This document shows positions 1 through 8,270 of a stretch of 57,026 nt of DNA, in pieces. Position 1 is the first letter of the stretch. Each line of letters opens with the position of its first letter. The position numbers were made by a program, and so were the translations under genes. The stretch comes from Nitrospinota bacterium (lineage in GTDB: Bacteria; UBA8248). The DNA lies in contig JAYGFR010000364.1 of NCBI GenBank assembly GCA_046581755.1, positions 1-57,026 of the forward strand. Direction: 5' to 3'. The notes beneath the pieces were generated by a model that was not told the origin of the DNA, ran no database searches, and worked only from the letters and a program-made list of their open reading frames with translations.

Positions 1-57
1 GACGTTGATCGGCTCGTAGGTCTGGTTGAGCACAAGCACGCGCACGGATTGGATCAT
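1..57 (-). CDS. HNH endonuclease family protein, 5' end only (runs off the window)
   Basis: Manual translation MIQSVRVLVLNQTYEPINV matches the VLVLN-x-x-YEP-x-x-V N-terminus of McrA-like HNH proteins. RBS GAGGGAGGT sits just upstream of ATG 57. Too short for the ORF track. Confidence 0.75.
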   Translation of the reverse strand, partial: MIQSVRVLVLNQTYEPINV

Positions 58-269
58 GCCACCTCCCTCGGCCGGACGGAATCTCGGGCAAAACACGGAT
101 ATTCGGTTGCTGACTGGGAACCCTTTATCGTATTTCAGGGCTTCATTTGTCAACGCAGGCACCGCCCCCCCGCTTCGGAACCTCTGGCGCGCTTGCGGCG
201 CCCCCCGGGCGGCGGTTATTCTTTGGAATTAATGGTGCCTCCGGCCCATGCCGCTGAGAGGGTGCTCTC

Positions 270-2486
270 TTGATATCGCGCAAACCCAAAAGAGGGAGGC
301 TCTTTTTCGCCCTGGCCTTCGCCGCGGCCGCCCTGGGCGGCGGAGCGGGCGCGGGCTTTTCGGTCCTCTACGATTTTCCCGAGCTCGAATACCTGCACAA
401 CTACCGGCCCAGCACCATCACCCGCATCTACGCCCGCGACGGCCGGCTCATCGCCGAACTCTACCAGGAGCGCCGCACCCCCATCCCCCTGAGCCGCATT
501 CCGGCCCGGGTGCGCCAGGCCTTCCTAGCCATCGAGGATGCCCGCTTCTACAAACATCCCGGCGTCAGCACGCGCGACATCGTCCGCGCCTTCGTGCGCA
601 ACCTGCGCGCCCGCCGCCTCGTCCAGGGCGGATCGACCATCACCCAGCAACTCGCCAAGGTCCTCTTCCTCACCTCCGAGCGCACCCTCAAGCGCAAGAT
701 TCGCGAGGCCCTCCTCGCCCTCGAAATCGAGCGCCGCTTCACCAAGGATGAAATCCTCGAGTTCTACCTCAACCAAATCTATCTCGGCTCGGGCGCTTAC
801 GGAGTCGAGGCCGCCGCCCGCGGCTATTTCGGGAAAACCACCGGCCAGCTCACCCTCGTCGAGGCCGCCACGATCGCCGGGCTGCCCAAGGCCCCCTCGC
901 GTTTCAACCCGCGCACCCATCCCCAGCGCGCCCGGACGCGCCTCCTCCTCGTCCTTCGCCGGATGCGCGAGGTCGGCTTCATCACCCCCGGCCAGGAGGC
1001 CGCCGCCGCCGAGGAGCCCCTGCGCCTCGTCCCGCGCGCCGTCAACGTCCCGCCCGAGCTGGGCTATTTCGTCGAGCGCATCCGCCGCCGCCTGGGCCGC
1101 CGCTACGGGGCCGCCCTCTACCGCAGCGGCCTTTCGATCCACACCACCCTGGACATCGACCTCCAGAAGAGCGTCCACAACGCCCTCCTCAAGGGGATCG
1201 AGGAGATCAACCGCCGGCGCGGCTTCCTTCCTCTCGGGCGCAAGCGCCGCCGCCGACCGCGCCTGGGCGACCGCTACCAACTCCGCATTGCCGACCTCAA
1301 ACCCGGAACCGTCCACGGCGCCGTCGGCGGCTACGAGATATCCCTCGACCTGCCGGGGCGCATCGACCAGAGGCTTCTCCGCGAGGGCGACCTCATCCTC
1401 GGCCGGGTCATCCAAATCGACCACGCCGGCAAGACCATGCGCCTCGACTGGCAGGACACCGTCCAGGGCGCCGCCGTCGCCTTCAACCCGCGGACCGGGG
1501 CCCTCCTCGCCCTCACCGGAGGCACCAACTACCGCCGTTTCCAGTACAACCGCGCCACCCAGGCTAAGCGCTCGCCCGGCTCCGCCTTCAAGCCCGTCAT
1601 CATGGCCACCGCACTGTCGATGGGCTACACCCCAGCCCTGATCCTCATGGACTCCCCCTTCGTCCGCCGCATGCCCGGCACCCCCAAGGACTGGAAACCG
1701 CGAAACTACACCAACAAATTCTATGGGCCCGTCACCATGCGCCGCGCCCTCGTCAAATCCCTCAATCTGGCCACCATCAAGCTCCTCGACCAGATCAAGC
1801 CCGCCTCCGTCGTCGTCTTCGCCCGCCGCCTCGGCATCCGCTCCCCGCTCCAGCCCTACCTCTCCCTGGCCCTGGGCGCGTTCGAAATCTCCCCCTTCGA
1901 CTTCACCGCCGCCTACATCCCCTTCGCCGCCGACGGCATCCAGGCCCGGCCCTACGCCACCGTCAAGGTCACCGACCGGGCCCAGCGCGTCCTCGAGATA
2001 AACGTCACCCAGAACCACCGCGCCGTCTCGGCCGAGGTCGCCTTTCAGGTGCGCTCCCTCCTGCGCGGCGTCGTCACCTCCGGCACCGCCCGGCGCGCCC
2101 TCAAACTCCCCGGCTTCGCCGCCGGAAAGACCGGCACCACCAACGAATACCGCGACGCCTGGTTCATCGGCTTCACCGACGACCTCATCCTCGGCGTCTG
2201 GGTCGGCCGCGACGACAACAAACAGATGGGCTACCGCGCCGCCGGGGGCACCGCCGCCCTCCCCATCTGGGTCAACATCATGAAAACCTGGATGGCCCGC
2301 CGCTCCGCGCCCCTGCCCTCCGCCAAACCCTCCGGCGTCGCCCTCGTCCGCATCGACGAGCGCACCGGCCTCCTCCCTTCGCCCGAATGCCCCGGCAAAA
2401 CCCTCACCGAAGCCTTCGCCCGGGGAACCGAGCCCACCGAAAGGTGCCGGAAACGACGGGCCGGAGAAGAGGTGTTCGGGGGCTGA
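270..2486 (+). CDS. mrcA: Penicillin-binding protein 1A (transglycosylase/transpeptidase)
   Basis: N-terminal TM helix; EDARFYKHPG, GGSTITQQL and RKIRE transglycosylase motifs; GSAFKP (SxxK), SLN and KTGT transpeptidase motifs. TTG start. Confidence 0.95.
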   Translation: MISRKPKRGRLFFALAFAAAALGGGAGAGFSVLYDFPELEYLHNYRPSTITRIYARDGRLIAELYQERRTPIPLSRIPARVRQAFLAIEDARFYKHPGVSTRDIVRAFVRNLRARRLVQGGSTITQQLAKVLFLTSERTLKRKIREALLALEIERRFTKDEILEFYLNQIYLGSGAYGVEAAARGYFGKTTGQLTLVEAATIAGLPKAPSRFNPRTHPQRARTRLLLVLRRMREVGFITPGQEAAAAEEPLRLVPRAVNVPPELGYFVERIRRRLGRRYGAALYRSGLSIHTTLDIDLQKSVHNALLKGIEEINRRRGFLPLGRKRRRRPRLGDRYQLRIADLKPGTVHGAVGGYEISLDLPGRIDQRLLREGDLILGRVIQIDHAGKTMRLDWQDTVQGAAVAFNPRTGALLALTGGTNYRRFQYNRATQAKRSPGSAFKPVIMATALSMGYTPALILMDSPFVRRMPGTPKDWKPRNYTNKFYGPVTMRRALVKSLNLATIKLLDQIKPASVVVFARRLGIRSPLQPYLSLALGAFEISPFDFTAAYIPFAADGIQARPYATVKVTDRAQRVLEINVTQNHRAVSAEVAFQVRSLLRGVVTSGTARRALKLPGFAAGKTGTTNEYRDAWFIGFTDDLILGVWVGRDDNKQMGYRAAGGTAALPIWVNIMKTWMARRSAPLPSAKPSGVALVRIDERTGLLPSPECPGKTLTEAFARGTEPTERCRKRRAGEEVFGG

Positions 2487-2664
2487 TCTTCCGATGTCAT
2501 CCAGGACCGTGCGGCGGAACGGAACAAAGATAGGCGTGGGTCTTCGTAGTCACATTGGGTCTTCGCAGCCACAATGATATGAATGGCAAAAATCGCCCCT
2601 GCCAGGGGACCGCGGATGCCCGGAGATGGCGGCGGCCAAAAAGATACCCCGCGCCCCGGACGTT

Positions 2665-2907
2665 CTAGTCCTGCCCCGCCGAGGTATTTTTTTTGCCGCC
2701 GGAGCGGAATTTTTTATTGAGTTCGAGGTATTGTTGGTAATCGATGAGCACCGCCACCGGATGGCCGTTGCGTTCCACGAGAACAGGGACCCGATCGTAT
2801 GCCACCCGATGGAGAAGCTCCCCGAATTGCTTTTTTGTGTCCGTCGCGGAGATAATATCCAAATCTCCGAATTTGGCCCGGGATTTTTTGACCTTCCGTC
2901 TGGCCAT
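2665..2907 (-). CDS. Phd/YefM family antitoxin (type II TA), no adjacent toxin
   Basis: ISATDTKKQFGELLHRV...PVLVERNGHPVAVLIDYQQY is a typical Phd fold signature. ATG 2907 with RBS AAGGAG. 80 aa. Confidence 0.85.
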   Translation of the reverse strand: MARRKVKKSRAKFGDLDIISATDTKKQFGELLHRVAYDRVPVLVERNGHPVAVLIDYQQYLELNKKFRSGGKKNTSAGQD

Positions 2908-3025
2908 CCCGCACTCCTTCCCAACAGGGCGAATCCGGTTAGCTGTATCCTCCCAAACCCTCGCCCACGAGCCCCTTCCGGCGCCTGTGGGTAATCTACC
3001 ATAGCGCATGAAGCAGCGGCCCCTA

Positions 3026-3076
3026 AACCCTCCCTTTCCGCTCATCCCGCTCAAACGGTGATGATCCCCCGCCCTC
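3026..3076 (+). repeat. 51-bp direct repeat, copy 1 (copy 2 at 5228-5278)
   Basis: AACCCTCCCTTTCCGCTCATCCCGCTCAAACGGTGATGATCCCCCGCCCTC; 48/51 identical to copy 2. Overlaps the inverted repeat CCCGCTCAA (3046-3054)/TTGAGCGGG (3086-3094). Confidence 0.95.
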
Positions 3077-3437
3077 ACCCCGAACTTGAGCGGGTGGCTC
3101 GGCCGGCCACAGCCCCACCGGGAATTCCCGGCCGGGAGCGCGAGAATCATCTCCACCGTCCCGGGCGGCTACAGCAGGGAACATCCTTTTGGGCGGCGGG
3201 AGCGGGATAGCCGTGGATGCTATGACGGGGTCGAACTATCATTACCCGGATGCATTGAAATTTCCGATGGAACCGATAGATTCAGCGCCTGAATAGGAAA
3301 AAAAGCGTTAAGAGACGTCGAGATTTGGAAAAAACAAAAAGAGGAAAAACTGCAAAGAGAAATTGAAGCCATTGGGCAATAGGATAAACTGGCCACAGGC
3401 TTGAATTGAAAAAATCCTCCAAGAGGGGGGGGGGATT

Positions 3438-4169
3438 ATGGCAAAGCGGTTTCTGTTAATCCTTCTGCTCGTGCTCGCCGGGTGCGGCGGCGGGAGCGGC
3501 GTCCCGGGGTATACGTCTCAAGAGGTCGCGCAGCTTCCTTCATGGCGGAAACTCATCACCCGGATCGGCGAGTACCGGCCCCATGTGTGCCCGGACTGCG
3601 GGGCGAACGACTGGAAGCTCGGCATATTCAAGACCGAAAAGGTGAACGCCTATAACGCGGGGGACGGGGTGTTCTACGTTACCGAGGGCCTGACCCGGCT
3701 CCGCTTCGGACTCCAGGACGCGGCCCTGGCGCATGAGGTGGCCCACGAGGTGGCGGGGCACGTCAAGGCGCGCCAGGCGGCTTCGCTGGCGACGACGGCG
3801 GCATTCGTGGTGCTGGGGGCGATCATTCCCGGCGCCGGGCTCCTAAACCATGCCGTGAACCCGGTAATCACGAGGGCCTTCAGCCGGGAACAGGAGCTCG
3901 AGGCGGACTCGATTGCGATCACGCTGATGCGGCGGGTGCGCGGTAACGATTCGGGAGCGGAGGATCTGGCGGCGCTGATCCGGCTATTCGAGGCGTCGGG
4001 ATCGAAGGGCGGGGAACTGCTCGACACCCACCCGCACCCCCAGGAGCGGCTGAAAATGATCGCCACGATCCTCTCCGGCGCGGCCCAGCCGCTTCCGATT
4101 CCGGCGGACTATACTTCTCCGGCACTGGACGCCGAGCCGGAGAAGGAGGGAGAGACGGTGGCTCAGTGA
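3438..4169 (+). CDS. M48 family zinc metallopeptidase lipoprotein (LoiP/BepA-like)
   Basis: Lipobox LAGC after a hydrophobic signal; VNAY, AHEVAH (HExxH), FSREQELEAD and THP motifs. Confidence 0.9.
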   Translation: MAKRFLLILLLVLAGCGGGSGVPGYTSQEVAQLPSWRKLITRIGEYRPHVCPDCGANDWKLGIFKTEKVNAYNAGDGVFYVTEGLTRLRFGLQDAALAHEVAHEVAGHVKARQAASLATTAAFVVLGAIIPGAGLLNHAVNPVITRAFSREQELEADSIAITLMRRVRGNDSGAEDLAALIRLFEASGSKGGELLDTHPHPQERLKMIATILSGAAQPLPIPADYTSPALDAEPEKEGETVAQ

Positions 4170-4589
4170 AAACGACCCGTATGATGCAGGCGGAGGCCCG
4201 GGCCCTGGAGACAGCGGGTTATCATGGGATGGCCGGGGGGGGCTATCCCCATATGTACCAGCCTTTTAGTAATCGTGAAGCTCCCCCAGCTTCTTTTCAG
4301 ATCGCGTTTGTTCCAGAAAAGAGTTTGATCACCAAGGCGGAGCCGAAGCAGGGAAAGTAGATAATTCTCACCCTCACCTCACACCCGCACCGACCAATAC
4401 CGCCCCCCCTCGAGCGCGTTTCCAGACCCTCTCGGCGGTGAATTAGTAATTCGCCATGCACAAGTGGATGTATTGAGGGGGAGGTCCCTTGCGCCATCTC
4501 AGGAATCTGACCGTGGCGGAGTGCACATCAAAGGAGCCGCCTCCTCCATTTTCCATTCGTTTTTACCGATTCCCCGGCAGTGAAGCGAA

Positions 4590-5033
4590 TTATTTTTTCT
4601 GCCGCCAGGTGTCCGCGCATTCTGCCGAGAGGACACCCGTAACGAGTTCGACCGATTTTCCGGTCAATTTCATGAGCGTTTCCACGGAATACTCGCCGTA
4701 ATATCTCTGAAGGTCCGCCAGCCGCGCGCCCAGGACTAGCGTTTCGATCCCCGAGATCAAAATTGCCCAACAACACATCGGGCACGGTTCCACGGTGGTG
4801 TAGAGGACACCTCCCGAAAGCTCTGATTTTTTTAACTCTGCGCAGGCCTCCCGGATGGCGACGACTTCGGCATGGGCGGTGACATCATGCTGGGAGGTAA
4901 CCAAATTCCTCCCGCGTCCAACGATCTCACCGTCCAGAATGACGATTGATCCGACCGGAATATTTCCCTCCTTGAGGCCAATTCGTGCCTCCTCCAGCGC
5001 AGCCTCCATGTAACCGATATGGCCAGTCGTCAT
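4590..5033 (-). CDS. Zinc-dependent nucleoside/nucleobase deaminase (TadA/guanine-deaminase-like)
   Basis: PVGS, HAE and EPCPMC motifs. ATG 5033 with RBS GGAGGT. 147 aa. Confidence 0.9.
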   Translation of the reverse strand: MTTGHIGYMEAALEEARIGLKEGNIPVGSIVILDGEIVGRGRNLVTSQHDVTAHAEVVAIREACAELKKSELSGGVLYTTVEPCPMCCWAILISGIETLVLGARLADLQRYYGEYSVETLMKLTGKSVELVTGVLSAECADTWRQKK

Positions 5034-5115
5034 GAATTCACCTCCCCGCTCAAAAAGACATCGGAAGCACTTTCCCTTTCCACGGATTTCCGTCTTGAGT
5101 GGAATGAACTCATGG

Positions 5116-5144
5116 ACTACACCCCGAACAAATTGCCATGTCAA
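5116..5144 (-). promoter_or_regulatory. Putative sigma70 promoter of the deaminase gene
   Basis: TTGACA-N17-TGTAGT on the minus strand, ~80 nt upstream of the start. Confidence 0.5.
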
Positions 5145-5227
5145 GACTTCCGGATCCTTTTCCACAGCCGTAACTGACCGGGGCGGGGGCGGCTCGGCCG
5201 GTGGAGCGGTGCGCCTTAACTCCCTAC

Positions 5228-5278
5228 AACCCTCCCTTTCCGTTCATCCCGCTCAAACGATGATGATGCCCCGCCCTC
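5228..5278 (+). repeat. 51-bp direct repeat, copy 2
   Basis: AACCCTCCCTTTCCGTTCATCCCGCTCAAACGATGATGATGCCCCGCCCTC; 3 mismatches to 3026-3076. Confidence 0.95.
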
Positions 5279-5306
5279 TCCCTGGCACCCATCCGGGGGG
5301 AGAGGG
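5274..5306. repeat. REP-like hairpin CCCTCTCCC...GGGAGAGGG containing copy 1 of a 19-bp direct repeat (5288-5306)
   Basis: Perfect 9-bp inverted repeat 5274-5282/5298-5306. CCCATCCGGGGGGAGAGGG recurs exactly at 8052-8070. Confidence 0.85.
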
Positions 5307-5640
5307 GGGGCGAAGGCCCGGACCCGGGAAGAGAAGGGATCGTTGCGCCCCGACGGAGAAACAGACTATGCCCCGTGAATGAATCGAAGGGTCGTTCCGA
5401 GAGGAACGAAGGCCTTTGCTGGTTATGGGCCTCGCACCCGAAACACTCCCCGGGAAGGAAAATGAGACTGGATTTTCCTGGATTAAGAGTGTCGCCGCAT
5501 AATTCTGAATTTTTATCGTTAATTTTTATTGCGATAGATCTTTTGGCAATATACTTAATAAATATTACTCTTCAATTTATTCCATTCAAAAGTTACCCGG
5601 AGAGGCCCGCTTAGATTACCAACTGGCGGGGATGAATCGC

Positions 5641-6470
5641 ATGTCTGTCACCCTAGAGATTCGAGATGGTGATCCTCCCTATTGCTGGAACAGCCCGGAT
5701 ATCTGGGTCGTCCCAGGCAATGATCCGAATGGACCTCAGGGCCAGCCCATCGCGGGTGAGCCGGCCTTTCTTTGGGGGAGAGTCCATAACACGGGAGACC
5801 ATTCCGCCTCGGGCGCACGTGTAGACTTTTACTGGTCCAACCCGGCAACCGGGGTGTTGCGCAGCAACTCGACCCGAATCGGGTCGGCGTTTGTGGATCT
5901 CAATCCGGGAGAGACCAAGGAAGTCCTCTGCATCATTCCCTGGATTCCGGAAATCGTTAACGACGGGCATGAATGCGTGATCGCGGAAGTCATTCATCCA
6001 GGAGACCCCCTCCCTTCTCCTTGGCCGGACGAGTTTGACCCGCCCACCTACCACCAGATCGTGCAGAAAAACCTGACCGTACTTGTGATGAAAAAAATGA
6101 GAATGATGCCCCTTCAGGTAGCCGCCCCCATCAGAGTGGAACGGGTACTGCATGTCGCGACAGAGTTCGGTGGCACCCTGGATAAGCAGACACTGAAGCA
6201 GGTGGGGCTTGAGAACTACAGACCGGCCAAGTGCGATTCCCTGAAGGTCGGGCTTACGCTCGAACCCGGATGTGAAGAGCCGGGCAAGGAGGCCTTGGAC
6301 GAGGAGGTGAAACTATCGCTCAAACCCGGAACTGCGAGAGCCGTGTATCTGAACGTCTGGCCACCGGAACTGAAGCCCAGGACCTATGTTTTGCTTCACG
6401 TCATCTCCCGCGATAAGAAAAAGTCGTGGGCGGCGTCACCTACATTCTGATCAGTGCGGTGGAGGATTAG
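5641..6470 (+). CDS. Uncharacterised protein with CARDB/Ig-like 'SPDIWV' domain; probable 1-nt frameshift near 6420
   Basis: WNSPDIWV...RVHNTG...VDFYWS...L-x-PGE...W-x-P...H-x-C...QKN pattern. As sequenced it stops at 6450. Adding one A to the A5 run 6418-6422 gives ...KKKVVGGVTYILISAVED* (TAG 6468-6470), abutting the next RBS/ATG. Start at 5632 or 5641. Confidence 0.75.
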
Positions 6471-6474
6471 GACG

Positions 6475-7982
6475 ATGGCTGTTACACCGATGGATATTCG
6501 AAGACGCCCGTTTTCGGTAGAACCTTTTACCAACGTCATGTTGCCCGATGGTATTTTCGACACGGCGCTCAAAAAGCAGCAGATTACATGTTTTTACACG
6601 AACACCTCGGGCGCGATCCTTCATAGAGTGACGATCTATCTTGAAGGAGTTGGAGACCCGGGTATTTTGCCCGAAGCGCACAGTTATTTCTTCCAGGAAA
6701 TCAAATCGGGCGCGTCCATCCGAGTGTCGTGGCTTGCCGATTTCGAGAATGGAACGCCGGGGAAAAAGCTCGTGAGCTTTATCGCCCTGGCACAGGGAAT
6801 GTCCCTCGTCAGAACGCCTAAGCATATCTTCGTATCGAAGACCACACGCGATGAGGCGACCGGTGAATATAGCTGCACCGTCGAGGAGGGCCCCCTAAAG
6901 ATCTCTACTATGGAAGTCATAGGGCCCAGAGACCAATGGTTGCCTTGCAGTGAACGATACAAGGATTGCCGGCCAACAAAAGGTCCGTGGGTACCGGTCA
7001 AGATGTCGATGGTTTTCTATCCCAATCCGGCCTACGCCAGCGTTCACGGCGATCTGCTGTTCAGCGATCCCTGGTGGAAGATTCTCGCATGGATTGTAGC
7101 GGCCATCGCTGCCATTGTGGCCATCGTTGCGGCGGCCCTTGGCGAAGGGAGGGCAGGCACCGCCGTGAGCGGGACGTTCGACGAGACGACCGGCGATATA
7201 AATTGCTGTACGCCGGACCCAGGCAGCATACCGGGCGATAACGGATTGACGGTTGCGGGAGTCGCATCCGCGATTGCAACCGGGACCGTGGCTGTCGGCC
7301 TTTCCGACGATTCCGATCCCTGGTGGCGCGGTCAGGAGGCAACCCGCCCGCCACCGGCGAATTGACAGTCGCCGAAGCGCTCAATGTTACGTTTGACTAT
7401 CCCGGCGGCGCTCCCAATGCCAACGAGCCTTACCCGGTTTCCGTCAAGTTGGACTATCAGCGCATTACGACCGGGAACGCGTACCCACATTCCGTTGAAG
7501 AAACGCAAAACAACATCCATGTGAACGGCGGTGTGGAGGTTGAGGTACCCTCGTTGCATCATGCCTTCGTGGAACCCTTGGTGATCAAGTCCCGGTTCAA
7601 GCGTAACAACGGCAAGCTCTTTGTCGGTGAGGACCTATACGCATTTTCACTGCTGCGATCGCCGGACGACATGTATTTCTTGGTTGATCTTGCTGATGAC
7701 GGCATTGAGCACGACGAGAAGCCCAACGACGGGACCTACACAGGCTTCATTCACCTAAAGGAGGTTTACCGTATCCTTTTAAAGCACCAATTGAAGCCCG
7801 AGGGACTTTGGCGTGTGTACGTCTTCGCACAGGACGTGAATGACGCGACACCGGATATGTCCCCGCAAATTGCCGCCAAGCAGATAGGCGGTTTTATGGT
7901 CGCAAGTGGTCTAAAGATCACCTTTGACTCGACTCTGCCTTGCCCACTGCAGGCTCAAGCGGTGGTCACGGTGGTTGTGTAG
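6475..7982 (+). CDS. Uncharacterised ~500-aa protein with central hydrophobic segments and a C-terminal choice-of-anchor-X-like motif; split by a probable frameshift near 7344
   Basis: ATG 6475 with RBS GGAGG. ORFs 6454-7365 and 7323-7982 overlap, and the second has no credible start. Adding one C at 7343-7345 joins them (EATPPATGELTV). LADDGIEHDEKPNDGTYTG motif. Confidence 0.7.
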
Positions 7983-8051
7983 CGCCCGTACACTCACCCC
8001 ATCCCTTGCCCCGCTCGAACCCTATTCGGCGGGTGGATATGAACCCCACCT

Positions 8052-8070
8052 CCCATCCGGGGGGAGAGGG
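8052..8070 (+). repeat. 19-bp direct repeat, copy 2
   Basis: CCCATCCGGGGGGAGAGGG, identical to 5288-5306. Confidence 0.9.
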
Positions 8071-8270
8071 TTCCGTGAAGCTGCCTGAATGTCCGGGATT
8101 TTGCGCGGGTTTTCGGGGGGTTCGGGCGTGTCTTGTGGGGCTGTGACCCACACCGAATTTCTGGGGATTTGCACGCATCTTGGGGGATTTCCGTGAAATT
8201 GCCCGCAAATCCGGGGGATTGGGCGGGTATTCGGGGGTTTTGGGGAAATGGCCCGCAAGTCCGGCGGGGG
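8071..8270. repeat. Degenerate G/T-rich repeat region
   Basis: TTCCGTGAAGCTGCCTGAATGTCCGGGA... (8071) resembles TTCCGTGAAATTGCCCGCAAATCCGGGG... (8189) and GAAATGGCCCGCAAGTCCGG (8245). GGGATT recurs. Confidence 0.65.

Noticed and set aside
127-153. Sigma70 promoter for the HNH gene (TTGACA-N15-TACGAT, minus strand)
   Set aside because: The 15-nt spacer is too short to call with confidence.
525-2018. Long antisense and alternate-frame ORFs over mrcA (and similar ones over ftsY, mmdA/B, ald, tuf and the ribosomal genes, e.g. 42371-43903)
   Set aside because: Shadow ORFs expected from high-GC3 codon bias; no motifs, and they overlap well-supported genes.
3290-3292. Selenocysteine read-through of the in-frame TGA
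   Set aside because: No redox-motif context and no evident SECIS hairpin downstream; a decayed gene is a simpler explanation.
4166-4360. 64-aa ORF overlapping the M48 stop (GTGA)
   Set aside because: Coupling is plausible, but there is no recognisable motif or other support, so it is not called.
5544-5559. Sigma54 promoter TGGCA-N6-TTAA upstream of the two-gene locus
   Set aside because: The -12 GC dinucleotide is absent.
3020-8075. Classical integron attC array
   Set aside because: The repeats lack clear RYYYAAC/GTTRRRY ends, the genes are in mixed orientation, and no intI is present. The cassette-like idea is kept only as a non-integron hypothesis.
8071-8270. CRISPR array
   Set aside because: The repeats are degenerate, irregularly spaced and lack unique spacers; no cas genes are present.
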